A stretch of DNA of 64,000 nt from Octopus vulgaris (lineage: Eukaryota): contig OX597834.1 of NCBI GenBank assembly GCA_951406725.2, positions 29,760,001 to 29,824,000 of the forward strand, in the 5' to 3' direction. The notes below the pieces were generated by a model. That model saw only the letters and a program-made list of their open reading frames with translations, ran no database searches and was not told the DNA's origin. The translations under genes were made by a program, and so were the position numbers. Shown here piece by piece: positions 53,322 through 64,000 of this stretch. Positions within the stretch are counted from its first letter, which is position 1, and each line of letters starts with the position of its first letter.

Positions 53322-55602
53322 GATATCGACGTTAGAATTCAAAAATGGGAAGCAGGACAAAAGATGATGATGGTTTCAATCAAAAATGAGAAGAGAATAA
53401 AAGCTGGACAACAGAAGCTGATGGTTTCAGTTCGAAATTCCTGCAGAATAAACTTTAAAACCGGATAAAATTGTTGATAATTGATCAGTCATTCTTTGCA
53501 GAAATCCCTAAACCCCCATGTAAATGGTAAATGATTTTGGAACTTTCTGTCTAAGAACTCCTGCAGGACCATTGTCCGTCCTTCAGCACGGACAAACTTT
53601 AATCGAGTTTATGTGGTGGAAGAGGTAACCCAGGAGAAAATTTGAACATCTTGTTCAAATTGCAGAACAATACACATTTTAAAAAATCAAAACATAACAT
53701 ACACTAAATGTTTTTATTCTTTTTCGCAAATATTATTAGATTTTCATTTTGTAGCGTGAAGAAATAGTTTAACAGAAAGAAACTCAATTTTCTTTTTACA
53801 ATGCATAATTTGACCATTGACCCTGGAATTAAAGGGCCAAACACACCCACATATATTGACCCTTGTAAACTTTATTATTTCTCTGATGCAGCGAAAACTG
53901 GTCTTCACGAACGAACGAACATGTAAGTAAGAAATGTTCTTAAAATGTAAATTTTGAATTTAGCTTTAGTTATAAATGCACATATCTTGAAATGCTTTTC
54001 ATTAAATCGAAACTTTTTCTATCTTTCTTCCGTCTATATTTTTCGTCATTTTGTACAATTCCAATTGCTCAAACATTTGAAATTACTATGGAGAGTGTAC
54101 TTTTCTTTCAAGACATTTTTCCTCAACTTCGTTCGACTCGATTGTAATTGAAGTTGCAAATCAAAAATTATTCAAATTTTTGCCGTTTAACAATTCCTAT
54201 CCTTTTCTCTGTTGCATTCCATGACAACTGTTATATTTTTGCACATTAATGTCTAATTTGATAATTTTCCATTTTCAGAAAATTATGTCTAAACTGGGGC
54301 AAAATGAGTAATGACTAATTTCAGTATTGGCAGTGTTTTTGGATCTGAAATCTCTGTTTTGACGGTGATTTTTCGAATTTCTTTTTCACCAGGGTCTAAC
54401 TTTTTTTCCCCTCCCTCCTTTCTCCTCTTTACTCCCATCCAGACCGAAGAAATTTCGGCCATTTTTTTCTTTTTTCCTGCCGTAAGCACTTAAAAACGAT
54501 GGGAGAAGCCTTTACGGTTAGAAAAAAAACAAATTTTTCGCAAGAAAAGGTGTGTGATATAAAGGAGTACCGAAAAAGCTTCTCTCGTGGTTTTTAAGTG
54601 CATGGGGATGAGGTGAAAAAAAAATCATAAATTTTCAAAAAAAAATTTTCATAAAATGTCCCCCCACGACCACCACATCAGCTGGAAGACCTGAGTGAAA
54701 AATGAAATTAGAAAAATCCTTGTCAAAACGGAGAGAGAGAGGGGAGGAAAGCACAAAGGGGTGGCGTGCTTATTCTCAGTGTCCTCACACACACACACAA
54801 ACACATATATATGTGATTTTTAAAAAAATTGAAACGGGGAATTATTCCATTCAGTGCCCTTCTGTTAGAAATGTTTAGACGTTTAGCTGGTATTTCTAGC
54901 ATAACGAGTTTTCTGATGACAACTTCATTGCCAGCTGCTTGAGTAGAAATATATGGATGCACAAACGCACTAAACAGAGAAAATGAAACAAATATGGACG
55001 ATTTGTTCCCAGGTGGAGAACAGTTCTCAAAAATAGACCCCCCTGAATGTCCCCCCCACCCCCACCCCACAAAATTTCTATGTCCTCAGAATCTCTATAG
55101 TCCGAGGTATACTTGTAGAAAATTTCAATAAAAAAATATCTATTTTCTTGAAAGTTATGAAGAATTGAAGTGGACTCCGGTGAATTTTCTGAAATTCCTC
55201 ACCTCAGCTCCTCCTAAAACACTCCCCCCCCAAAAAATAATTTTGTATATCCGGAATCTACATGACACATATTCGTATAAAATTTCCTTAAAAAATATCC
55301 ATTTTTCTGAAAGTTATGATCATCGAAAGTCCGTGGAGCAGAAATCTGTAGTTATGCTGGATGGTTAATGTCGTTGAGGACTACAATATAAAAAGATTAC
55401 CAGTTATTTTCTACTCTCTCCACACTTTTTCACTTCTGCACATTGGTCATGTGACAGTCTGCCATATCTCAGCATTAGCACATCTACATCTGCTCCGAAA
55501 TCCAGGCTGTTTAGTCCAAAAGATTGCTTGATTAAAACAATTAAATGCAACACATTCATATTTAGGTGCATACATACACACATCCATCCATACATACATA
55601 CA

Positions 55603-55637
<35 letters not shown>

Positions 55638-55639
<2 letters not shown>

Positions 55640-55811
55640 TCATCATCATCATCATCATCATCATCGTTTAACGTCCGTTTTCCGCGCTTGCACGGGTTGG
55701 ACGGTTCGACCGGGGTCTGGGAAGCCAGGGGCTGCACCAGGCTCCGGTCTGATCTGGCAGAGTTTCTACAGCTGGATGCCCTTCCTAACGCCAACCACTC
55801 CGCGAGTGTAG
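55638..55811 (-). mobile_element. Family C RTE-type 3' end, CpG-intact (young)
   Basis: (CAT)n tail plus conserved family motifs. Confidence 0.8.
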
Positions 55812-55900
55812 TATATATGTATATATATATATATATGCATGTACCGTTGGCGATTTTTTTTTCCTCTGTCTTCCCTTCTCTGGATCTTTCCTTCTCCTAT

Positions 55901-55935
55901 GTTTCCGACGAAGAGCTCCGCTCGAAACGTTAAAC
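55901..55935 (+). ncRNA. Minimal Penelope-type hammerhead ribozyme motif
   Basis: GTTT-CCGACGA-A-GAGC TCC GCTC-GAA-ACGT-T-AAAC: stem I GTTT/AAAC, stem II GAGC/GCTC, palindromic stem III, GUU site; U4>C. Confidence 0.7.
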
Positions 55936-56039
55936 CCTCCTTCTTTCCTGAGCATCCAATAATACTATATTTGTTCCACATCCTCGCGTTGTTGTGTTTT
56001 TTTGTGCTTTCTTGTTTGGATTAACTTTATATATATATG

Positions 56040-56093
<54 letters not shown>

Positions 56094-56373
56094 TATATAT
56101 ATACACATATGTGTGTGTGTTTGTGTGTGTTTGTGTATATGATGCAAACAAAAACACTGAAAATAAAAAATCAAATACAGAGTAAAACAAGTGTAAGTTA
56201 TTCCCCTCGATGGGGCTTTATTGGAATAAATTAATAAAGACAGGGACAAGTTGGGACCTGTTTCATCCTTCCATTGAGATACTGAAGACTCGTTAACCAC
56301 AGTCTTCTACCAATAATATCAGTGATTATGATGATGGTGGTGATAATAAGAGTAATTACACATACACATACAA

Positions 56374-56425
<52 letters not shown>

Positions 56426-56478
56426 GTATATATATATATGTATATATATATGTATATATATATATGTATATATATATG

Positions 56479-56511
<33 letters not shown>

Positions 56512-56561
56512 GCATAATATATATGTATATATATATGTATATATATATGTATACATATATG

Positions 56562-56610
<49 letters not shown>

Positions 56611-57231
56611 GTATACATATATATGTATATATATATATGTATACATATATATGTATATATATATATATACATATATATGTATACATATATATAGGTATAC
56701 ATATGTAAATATTTGTGTGTATATACACATTATGTGTATATGTATGCATACAAGTAAATTCATATTTGTATAAACACAGACACACACATATGTATACACA
56801 CTCACACTGAATGCCAAGAATAACATTTAGAGCAATCTACACAATGTCTCTCCTCCTCCCTCCCCCCATTATGCTGTCTGTATGTTTTCTGAGAAGGACA
56901 TTGAACTAGGCAAGGCTGGGGGTGTGGGGAGAGTCAAGGTGTAGAGATCTTGGTGGGGAGGGGTAAGTCGATGAAGATAATAGCAACACATTGAATGGTA
57001 AAGTGGTTCTATTCTGAGATGTGATGTGATGGTTGTGATAATGAAGACGATGGCAGCTGTTATTAATAAGGATGTGATGGTGGCGTAAGTGCTTAAAATG
57101 ATGTTAGCAGAAGGTGCTTATGTAATTAATGTCAATAGAGGTTGATAGTGTGGTGTTTGTGGTCATGAAAGTCCAGGTGATGGTGGGCTAATCTATTTTC
57201 CAGTCAATTTTATGTAAATCTTCATCATCAG

Positions 57232-57545
57232 CATCATCATCATCATCGTTTAACGTCCGTTCTCCATGCTAGCATGGGTTGGACGGTTCTGGGATCCGGG
57301 GATCTGGGAAGCCAGAAGGCTGCACCAGGCTCCAGTCTTATCTGGCAATGTTTCTACAGCTGGATGCCCTTTCCTAACGCCAACCACTCCGTGAGTGTAG
57401 TGGGTGCTTTTTACGTGCCACCCGCACAGGTGCCAGGCGAGGCTGGCAACGGCCACGGTCAGATTGGTGCATTTTACGTGCCACTGGCACGGAAGCCAGT
57501 CGAGGCGGCACTGGCTTCGGCCACGATTCAGATGGTTCTTTTTAC
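57232..57545 (-). mobile_element. Family C RTE-type retroposon
   Basis: Colinear with 17565-17810. Confidence 0.8.
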
Positions 57546-57699
57546 GGTAATGATGGTGGTGGTAGTGTTTAGTCTCAAGTCAGAATTGACTAAACAGATC
57601 TTTGGTTGAAGATCTTGTAGCCAGGACCATCTCAAGTTCCCTTCATTTACAGGATATTTGGGCTAAATTTGACAGTTTGCAAAAGAGGGAAAGAAAACA

Positions 57700-57950
57700 C
57701 AATATTCCATAAAAGATCAAAACCTATCTACTAGATCATGGTTGGGAGATAACATTTTACTCAAAGTAGCTGCATTCAGCTTCCACCAGAGCCACAAGAT
57801 AGGTCCAGATTGATGGATATATTCCTCACTGTGTCACTGGGAATATCTTTGAACATCTTAATCTTGACCATCAGCTCAGTTTCCACATTTTGGGCAGAGC
57901 AGTTGATGTCTTTCTCAGCCGTGCTCCACACATAGTAATCCAAGTGGTTG
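57700..57950 (-). pseudogene. mariner (DD37D-like) transposase C-terminal fragment
   Basis: NHLDYYVWSTAEKDIN...ELMVKIK...VEAECSYFE*. Confidence 0.7.
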
Positions 57951-59221
57951 GCATCAGGGAGGGCATAAAGTCATAGAAACTATGCCAAAACCAACAGCAG
58001 AACTTGGCACAGTTGTCTAGTTTGCCAGCTCCAGTCAAACTGTCCAACCCATGCCAGCATGAAAACTAGACACTAAATGATAATTATGATGATGATGATG
58101 ATGATATATAATTTCCATAAACTAATGCAGTGGCCTGTTTCTCTGCAGATTTCACAGACTGCCAGGTGTGTGTAAATGTATGCGTGTGTGTGTGTGTGTG
58201 CAAACGCGTGTGCACACACACACACAAACAGTTACATGGATATATATATATATACATAGTAGGTGAGAAAAAATAGACAGGTGTTTGTACATTTTTGTTT
58301 ATGTAGTCTACATGTGTGTGTGTGTATATATATATACACACACACAAACATATATGTAGCTTAAAGCTATGACCCCAATTGCTTTCCAATTCCTTTTCTA
58401 AAATTTCACTTTACATATTATTAACTTTTTATCCAATTTCTAATTTTTTTTAATTTCTCTCTACGATTCCTTTCTATCACAGTTTTTGTTGGAACTCCTG
58501 GAGTCTTGCATGTGCAGTGGGCTTGCTACCTGCAGCCTATAAGTACCATGCTATCCATTCCTTTCAGCTTATTATTATCATTATCATTCCTAGATATCAT
58601 CATTTATTTTTTAATATAATTTCATTCTTAAATCCTTTCTAATCATTTAAAACACTCACTACACCAATAAGTGGAGCTGATGTCTTTTTTCTTTTGCCCA
58701 TTGCACTCATATGTGCAGATGCGCAGTTATGTATAGGCTTACATACATACATACCGCTATCACCACTGACTTCAGACACCCTACCATCACTTTCAGCCTG
58801 AAAGCCCTACCAATATTTAAATCTTAAAAAAAAAAATATATCATTTATATGTGACCCAGTTATGTTTTTGCTTCTTCTTCTGTTATAGAATATCAAATAA
58901 ACAGGTGAGGCCAATCTTGAATCTCAAAACCCCTCTCTTCCATACTATCCATATTCTTCAATATTTTTGTGTGGATGTTAATGCATATATGTCCGTATCT
59001 GTGTAATTGTGTACATTTATGTGCATGTGTGTGGGCGAGGTTGTATGCATGTATATATTTATGTATGTGTCTACATATATATGTGCATGTGTGTGGGGGA
59101 GATTGTATGCATGCATATACTTGTGTCTGTGCCTACATATATATGTGTGTGTGTGTGTGTGTGTGAGTGTGTGTGTGTGTGGGGAGATTGTATGCATGCA
59201 TATACTTGTGTCTGTGCCTAC

Positions 59222-59279
<58 letters not shown>

Positions 59280-59755
59280 ATGTGTATCTGTCTCTTTATG
59301 TGTGCATGTATGAATATCTAATTGTTTTTTTTTTTTACATATCAATTTACTTTTCAGCAGATATATTTTTTTTCGTTTTATTTGATCACGTATTTGTTTG
59401 TTTTGTTTATTGATATGTTGTTTTGTTTTGTTTTGGGGACCTTTCTGTTACTTTTTCTTTTTCGAAAATTTCAAATTTCCACTCAATAAATTTCGTATCT
59501 TCATTATACTAAAATCGTTTATTTTCTACTTTTCTTTCAATCAGTGGACAAATAGAAACACACATTCTTCTCTCTTACACTCACACACTCACACACACAT
59601 GTATGTATAGATGTGTATGTACATATTTGGTGAAATATACATGATGTATATCCTAAAGAGCCTAAGGGCAAAACGGAGTCACACACATATACATGTATGT
59701 ATGCATGTACAGTCACATATGTACATACACACATATATCTATGTATGTAGGTATG

Positions 59756-59801
<46 letters not shown>

Positions 59802-59810
59802 TATATATAC

Positions 59811-59851
59811 ATATATATATGACCTTAAATTTAAACATAAATATATATATA

Positions 59852-59901
<50 letters not shown>

Positions 59902-59958
59902 TATATGACCTTAAATTTAAACATAAATATATATATATGTGTGTGTAAAATATATATA

Positions 59959-60030
<72 letters not shown>

Positions 60031-60070
60031 TATATAACCTTAAATTTAAACATATTTATATATATATATG
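59811..60070. repeat. Three copies of ACCTTAAATTTAAACATA embedded in TA/TG microsatellite
   Basis: Copies near 59822, 59908, 60038. Confidence 0.9.
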
Positions 60071-60218
60071 TGTGTGTGTGTAGATATGTGTATGTGTGTG
60101 TGTGTAAAAGATGTTACATGCATATAAATTATAAATATCTGTGTATGCATTTTTAATAGATACAGACACATACACATATGTATAAATATTCATAAATTTG
60201 TAAATAGATAAGCGTGCT

Positions 60219-60268
<50 letters not shown>

Positions 60269-60316
60269 AGAGTTACAGTGCATGCACATGTGCAAATGCA
60301 CTCATGCACATACAGA

Positions 60317-60354
<38 letters not shown>

Positions 60355-60862
60355 GATATATAAGCAGTGTCTCTGTATATGTACATACATATACAAGATA
60401 CTCAAAAGAACAATATCAAGTGTACAAGCAGTCACTGTATTTAATAACACACTTTGGCTGCAGGCAATGAAAAATAATAAAACTCATGCTGTGCACACTT
60501 TCAAAAAAAAAAAAAAGAAACTATGCAATATATCACATATTGAACTGTTATTTATGGATATATATATATATATATATATATACAGAGAGAGATGTATATT
60601 TGTTTAACAGAATCTTTGTGTAAAAATACCAATCTAAATATTTAGAAAATTTGAATGCTGTATACTTATATATATATATAGAGAAAAATTTTGTCTTTAC
60701 ATAATCTTTTTTTAAATTTCCCATTTTCTTATATTAATAACATCAATTTAGCTTTATGGTGTATTTCAATGTCTACTTGAATTTTGGCAAATCAGTGTAT
60801 CAAATTGAATGAACAGCTACACACACACACACACATACACACACACACACACACACACATTG

Positions 60863-60939
<77 letters not shown>

Positions 60940-60990
60940 CATATATAGATACATGTGTTTGTATGTGTATATTGATAGACAGATATATAT

Positions 60991-61033
<43 letters not shown>

Positions 61034-61629
61034 AGAAACAGTTCACTATGTTTTATATTAAATATTTATAACATATTAATAGGGTGAAAAAATGTCTAGT
61101 TTTTCTACAAAAATAATAACATTCGGGTTATAACTAAAGATATATGTTTTATGGTTATGTGGTTAAAGCGTTCATGTACCAACAGCAAGATTCCAGGTTC
61201 AATCTCTGCAGCTCTTTGGGTGATTGTCTTCTTTTATAGTTTTTAGTTGACCAATACCTTATGACTGTAATTTGGTTGGCGGAAACCATGAATGACGGTA
61301 GACCTGCTTTTGAATCTTGTCTTGATATTGTATGAATCACAGATTTTCTGAATTTTAACCAACATGCTTCTAACATATGCTGTGTGGGGAAGTACATGTC
61401 AAAGAATAGACCCAACATTTCCTCTGCATGTCATGAAAGGCAACTAAAAGAAGTTGAGGTAGGATTTGCACTCTGACCCTTGTAAAACCCTCATCAGCAA
61501 TGACTACCCAAACAGACCCATGGGTTGGAGGGGTGTCGCCTGTATGGTGCAAAGGTATCATCTACCAGGAGAAGGGAATCCTCAACTAATGGCAGAAATA
61601 GCAATGCACTATTACAGCACATGCCACCA

Positions 61630-61642
61630 TACTACAACAACA

Positions 61643-61692
<50 letters not shown>

Positions 61693-61792
61693 AACTACTA
61701 TTACTACTACTATTACTACTACTACTATTACTACTACTACTACTACTACTACAACTACTACTACTTCTTCTACTACTACTACTACTACTACT
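61630..61792. repeat. (TAC)n trinucleotide array
   Basis: Direct reading. Confidence 0.95.
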
Positions 61793-62098
61793 GTGAAGAA
61801 AGATAACTGTAAAACCTTGTTTAACTTACAAGTACAATAGCTATACAGGCTGATATAACTGTAGTTGTGGGTTAACTCCAAAAAGGGATAACTGCATCTG
61901 TGGGGTAACTATGTAGAGTGACAAATGTAAAAGTTTGTTTAGCAGCTCACCTAATCTGAAAGCAGTTGTCCCCAATAGAAGTGATCAAATATATGATACT
62001 GAGACACCTAGACATAAATCACCTCATAATGATGATAAATATCTGTTGGTATATTGACTTTGGGGTGGGTAGGGATATGGTTGGCTGTGTTTGCATGA

Positions 62099-62136
<38 letters not shown>

Positions 62137-62291
62137 GCAGACACGTGTGTGTGTGTGTGTCTATGTATTTATATGTGTGTTAGTACCAGTCTGTCTATGC
62201 ATGGCTGTGGTGGTTTATGGGAATACTTGTGTGTCAATAGATGTATGTCCGAGCATGAGTGTCTGCATATGCATCTGTATGTATGTGTTCA

Positions 62292-62373
<82 letters not shown>

Positions 62374-62945
62374 ACTGTCTCTGTAAGTGTGAGTTTATGT
62401 ATTTGTATGAAGACCAGCAACATTAAACAGTCTCCCAAACTTGTTTCCTTCTCTTCAAAAGCTATCTTATTGCAATACATCCTGTATATATATATGTATG
62501 TGTGCTTTATTTATGTATGTATATATGTAATAATTTATGTAAGCAAGCATGTGCATGCATGTGAGTATGTATGTATGTGTATATACATGTGTATATATAA
62601 AGTATTTTAGTAGTCAGTGTTAACTACATGTTATTTATGCATGAATTATAGACACATGAACATGTAGTGTACATGTTAATAGAACAGAGCAGAACAAAAG
62701 ATCTTGAATGACTGAAAACAAAAGGAATTCCTTGCCAAAGTCGTTCCCTTTGTCCCTAACAAATGGGGAGGAATTTTCATAATTGTAGGCCTTTGCCCAG
62801 TGATGCATTGGCTCCACCGTCTCTTCATCATTGCAGCATTATCTTTATCATCAACTGGTTGCACTGCCTGCATGTGTTTCCATGACACTCAGTCACAGTT
62901 CAATTCTATTCAGCCGGTCAGAGGGGTTTCAATCTGTCACCTTAA

Positions 62946-63165
62946 CCCTTTTGTTACTGTATTTATTTTGAGATGCTCTGTGCTTCTTTCAATTACTATA
63001 AATATAACAAAGAATTTTGTAAAATGACTTGGTTATCATTCAGCTAGTATTAGGAACATAAATTGTGACTAAGGTTTGATGGAAGATTTTAATTCAAAAC
63101 TTTTGAAAACAAGACATTTGTACTCAGAGCCAGAGCCGGTTTCAGCCGGGTTGGTAACAAAAGGG
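62946..63165. mobile_element. piggyBac-type MITE, 220 bp
   Basis: TTAA|CCCTTTTGTTAC ... GTAACAAAAGGG|TTAA. Confidence 0.92.
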
Positions 63166-64000
63166 TTAAATACACTTGACATAGGTCTTTGCTTGTCGTC
63201 CCCTAGCTCTTCCTTGTGTCAGGCTTCCACAAAAGAACCTCACTCACAATTTCATCTTCAGCTCTCCAGCAATGCCTTATGAATCTGACCCTACATTTTT
63301 TTGTTGATGTCTCGTACTGGATGAAGATTTTCATTTAGTCACTTGTTGGTCAGAAAATCTGTCTGGGTGACAGTCAATGAGAGTTACTGCAATATAAACA
63401 TAGGAGCAGCATCCATGGTTTTGTAATCAGCTAATGAAAGATTTATAATAACTCAAATTTTTTTATAGTGCACCCATAATAGGTTGTCAGTCTTGGATTT
63501 TCAGTAAACTACATCTTGATTGTCAGTGGGTGAACTTCTAGCAAGGTGGAGTAACAATTTACATCAAACATCTTAATCCGAATTGGGTTATTATAATTGG
63601 TAAAATATAATATATTACCAGGATGATACATATTAATTAACTTATTCTTCCCGTTTAAAAATAATTGTTATTTTCCTTCTTACAGAAGCTACAGAGGATT
63701 TTTCTATTTATGTATTTCTTACTATGAGCTGAGGAATAACCATGAAACATTAAAATTTACATGATTCTCATTTAGTTGCCATACATATCTGGACAAAGTG
63801 GTGGCATTATGTTTTTACTGGACTACTTAAAAGTGGATTTGAGAATTGCTTTTGTGAAATTTAGTGAATGTTGGAACTTGAAGTGATGTATGATATCTGC
63901 TTGGTAGACTATTGCTTCAGCATTATCTTTATGAACAAAGTGACATAAATGAATAGTTTGGCACTGCCTGTGGTTGCATGGGATTGGTTATTGCTTTGGT

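Larger units (their letters stand above)
50110..55354. mobile_element. 5.2-kb DNA transposon with ~1.75-kb inverted repeats (50110-~51870 / ~53598-55354)
   Basis: Continuous reverse complementarity from TAACTACAGATTTC / GAAATCTGTAGTTA inward to CATAAACTCGATTAAA / TTTAATCGAGTTTATG. Confidence 0.93.

Noticed and set aside
59811-60070. Repeat-spacer pattern suggestive of CRISPR
   Set aside because: Spacers are TA/TG microsatellite, eukaryotic context, no cas genes; simple tandem duplication
61385-61590. Possible ribozyme in an RTE-like 5' UTR remnant (TGTCATGAAAGGCAACTAA; CTGATGA on minus strand)
   Set aside because: Could not build an HDV double pseudoknot, and the CTGATGA has no matching GAAA stem

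Overview
AT-rich, microsatellite-saturated animal DNA with no supportable host protein-coding exon, tRNA or rRNA gene; the SINE families and (TA)n/(CA)n density suggest a cephalopod (Octopus-like) intronic/intergenic region (inference). Nearly all ORFs in the track translate simple repeats. The window holds two tRNA-derived SINE families, an RTE-type (TGA)n-tailed family, CR1/Hero/Penelope-like retroelement fragments, Tc1/mariner, hAT, piggyBac, Helitron and GG-ended MITEs. Highlights: (1) a 5.2-kb element (50110-55354) with ~1.75-kb inverted repeats around a dead Merlin/IS1595-type transposase whose internal insertion has splice sites that restore the frame; (2) several hammerhead-ribozyme-like motifs in short Penelope-associated cassettes within (TA)n, including a ~200-bp palindrome with a hammerhead core in each arm; (3) a nested TE stack at 16.7-19.3 kb with a 163-bp duplication; (4) a SINE/LINE pair sharing a covarying 3' hairpin. 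All calls are by eye; coordinates of degenerate elements are approximate.
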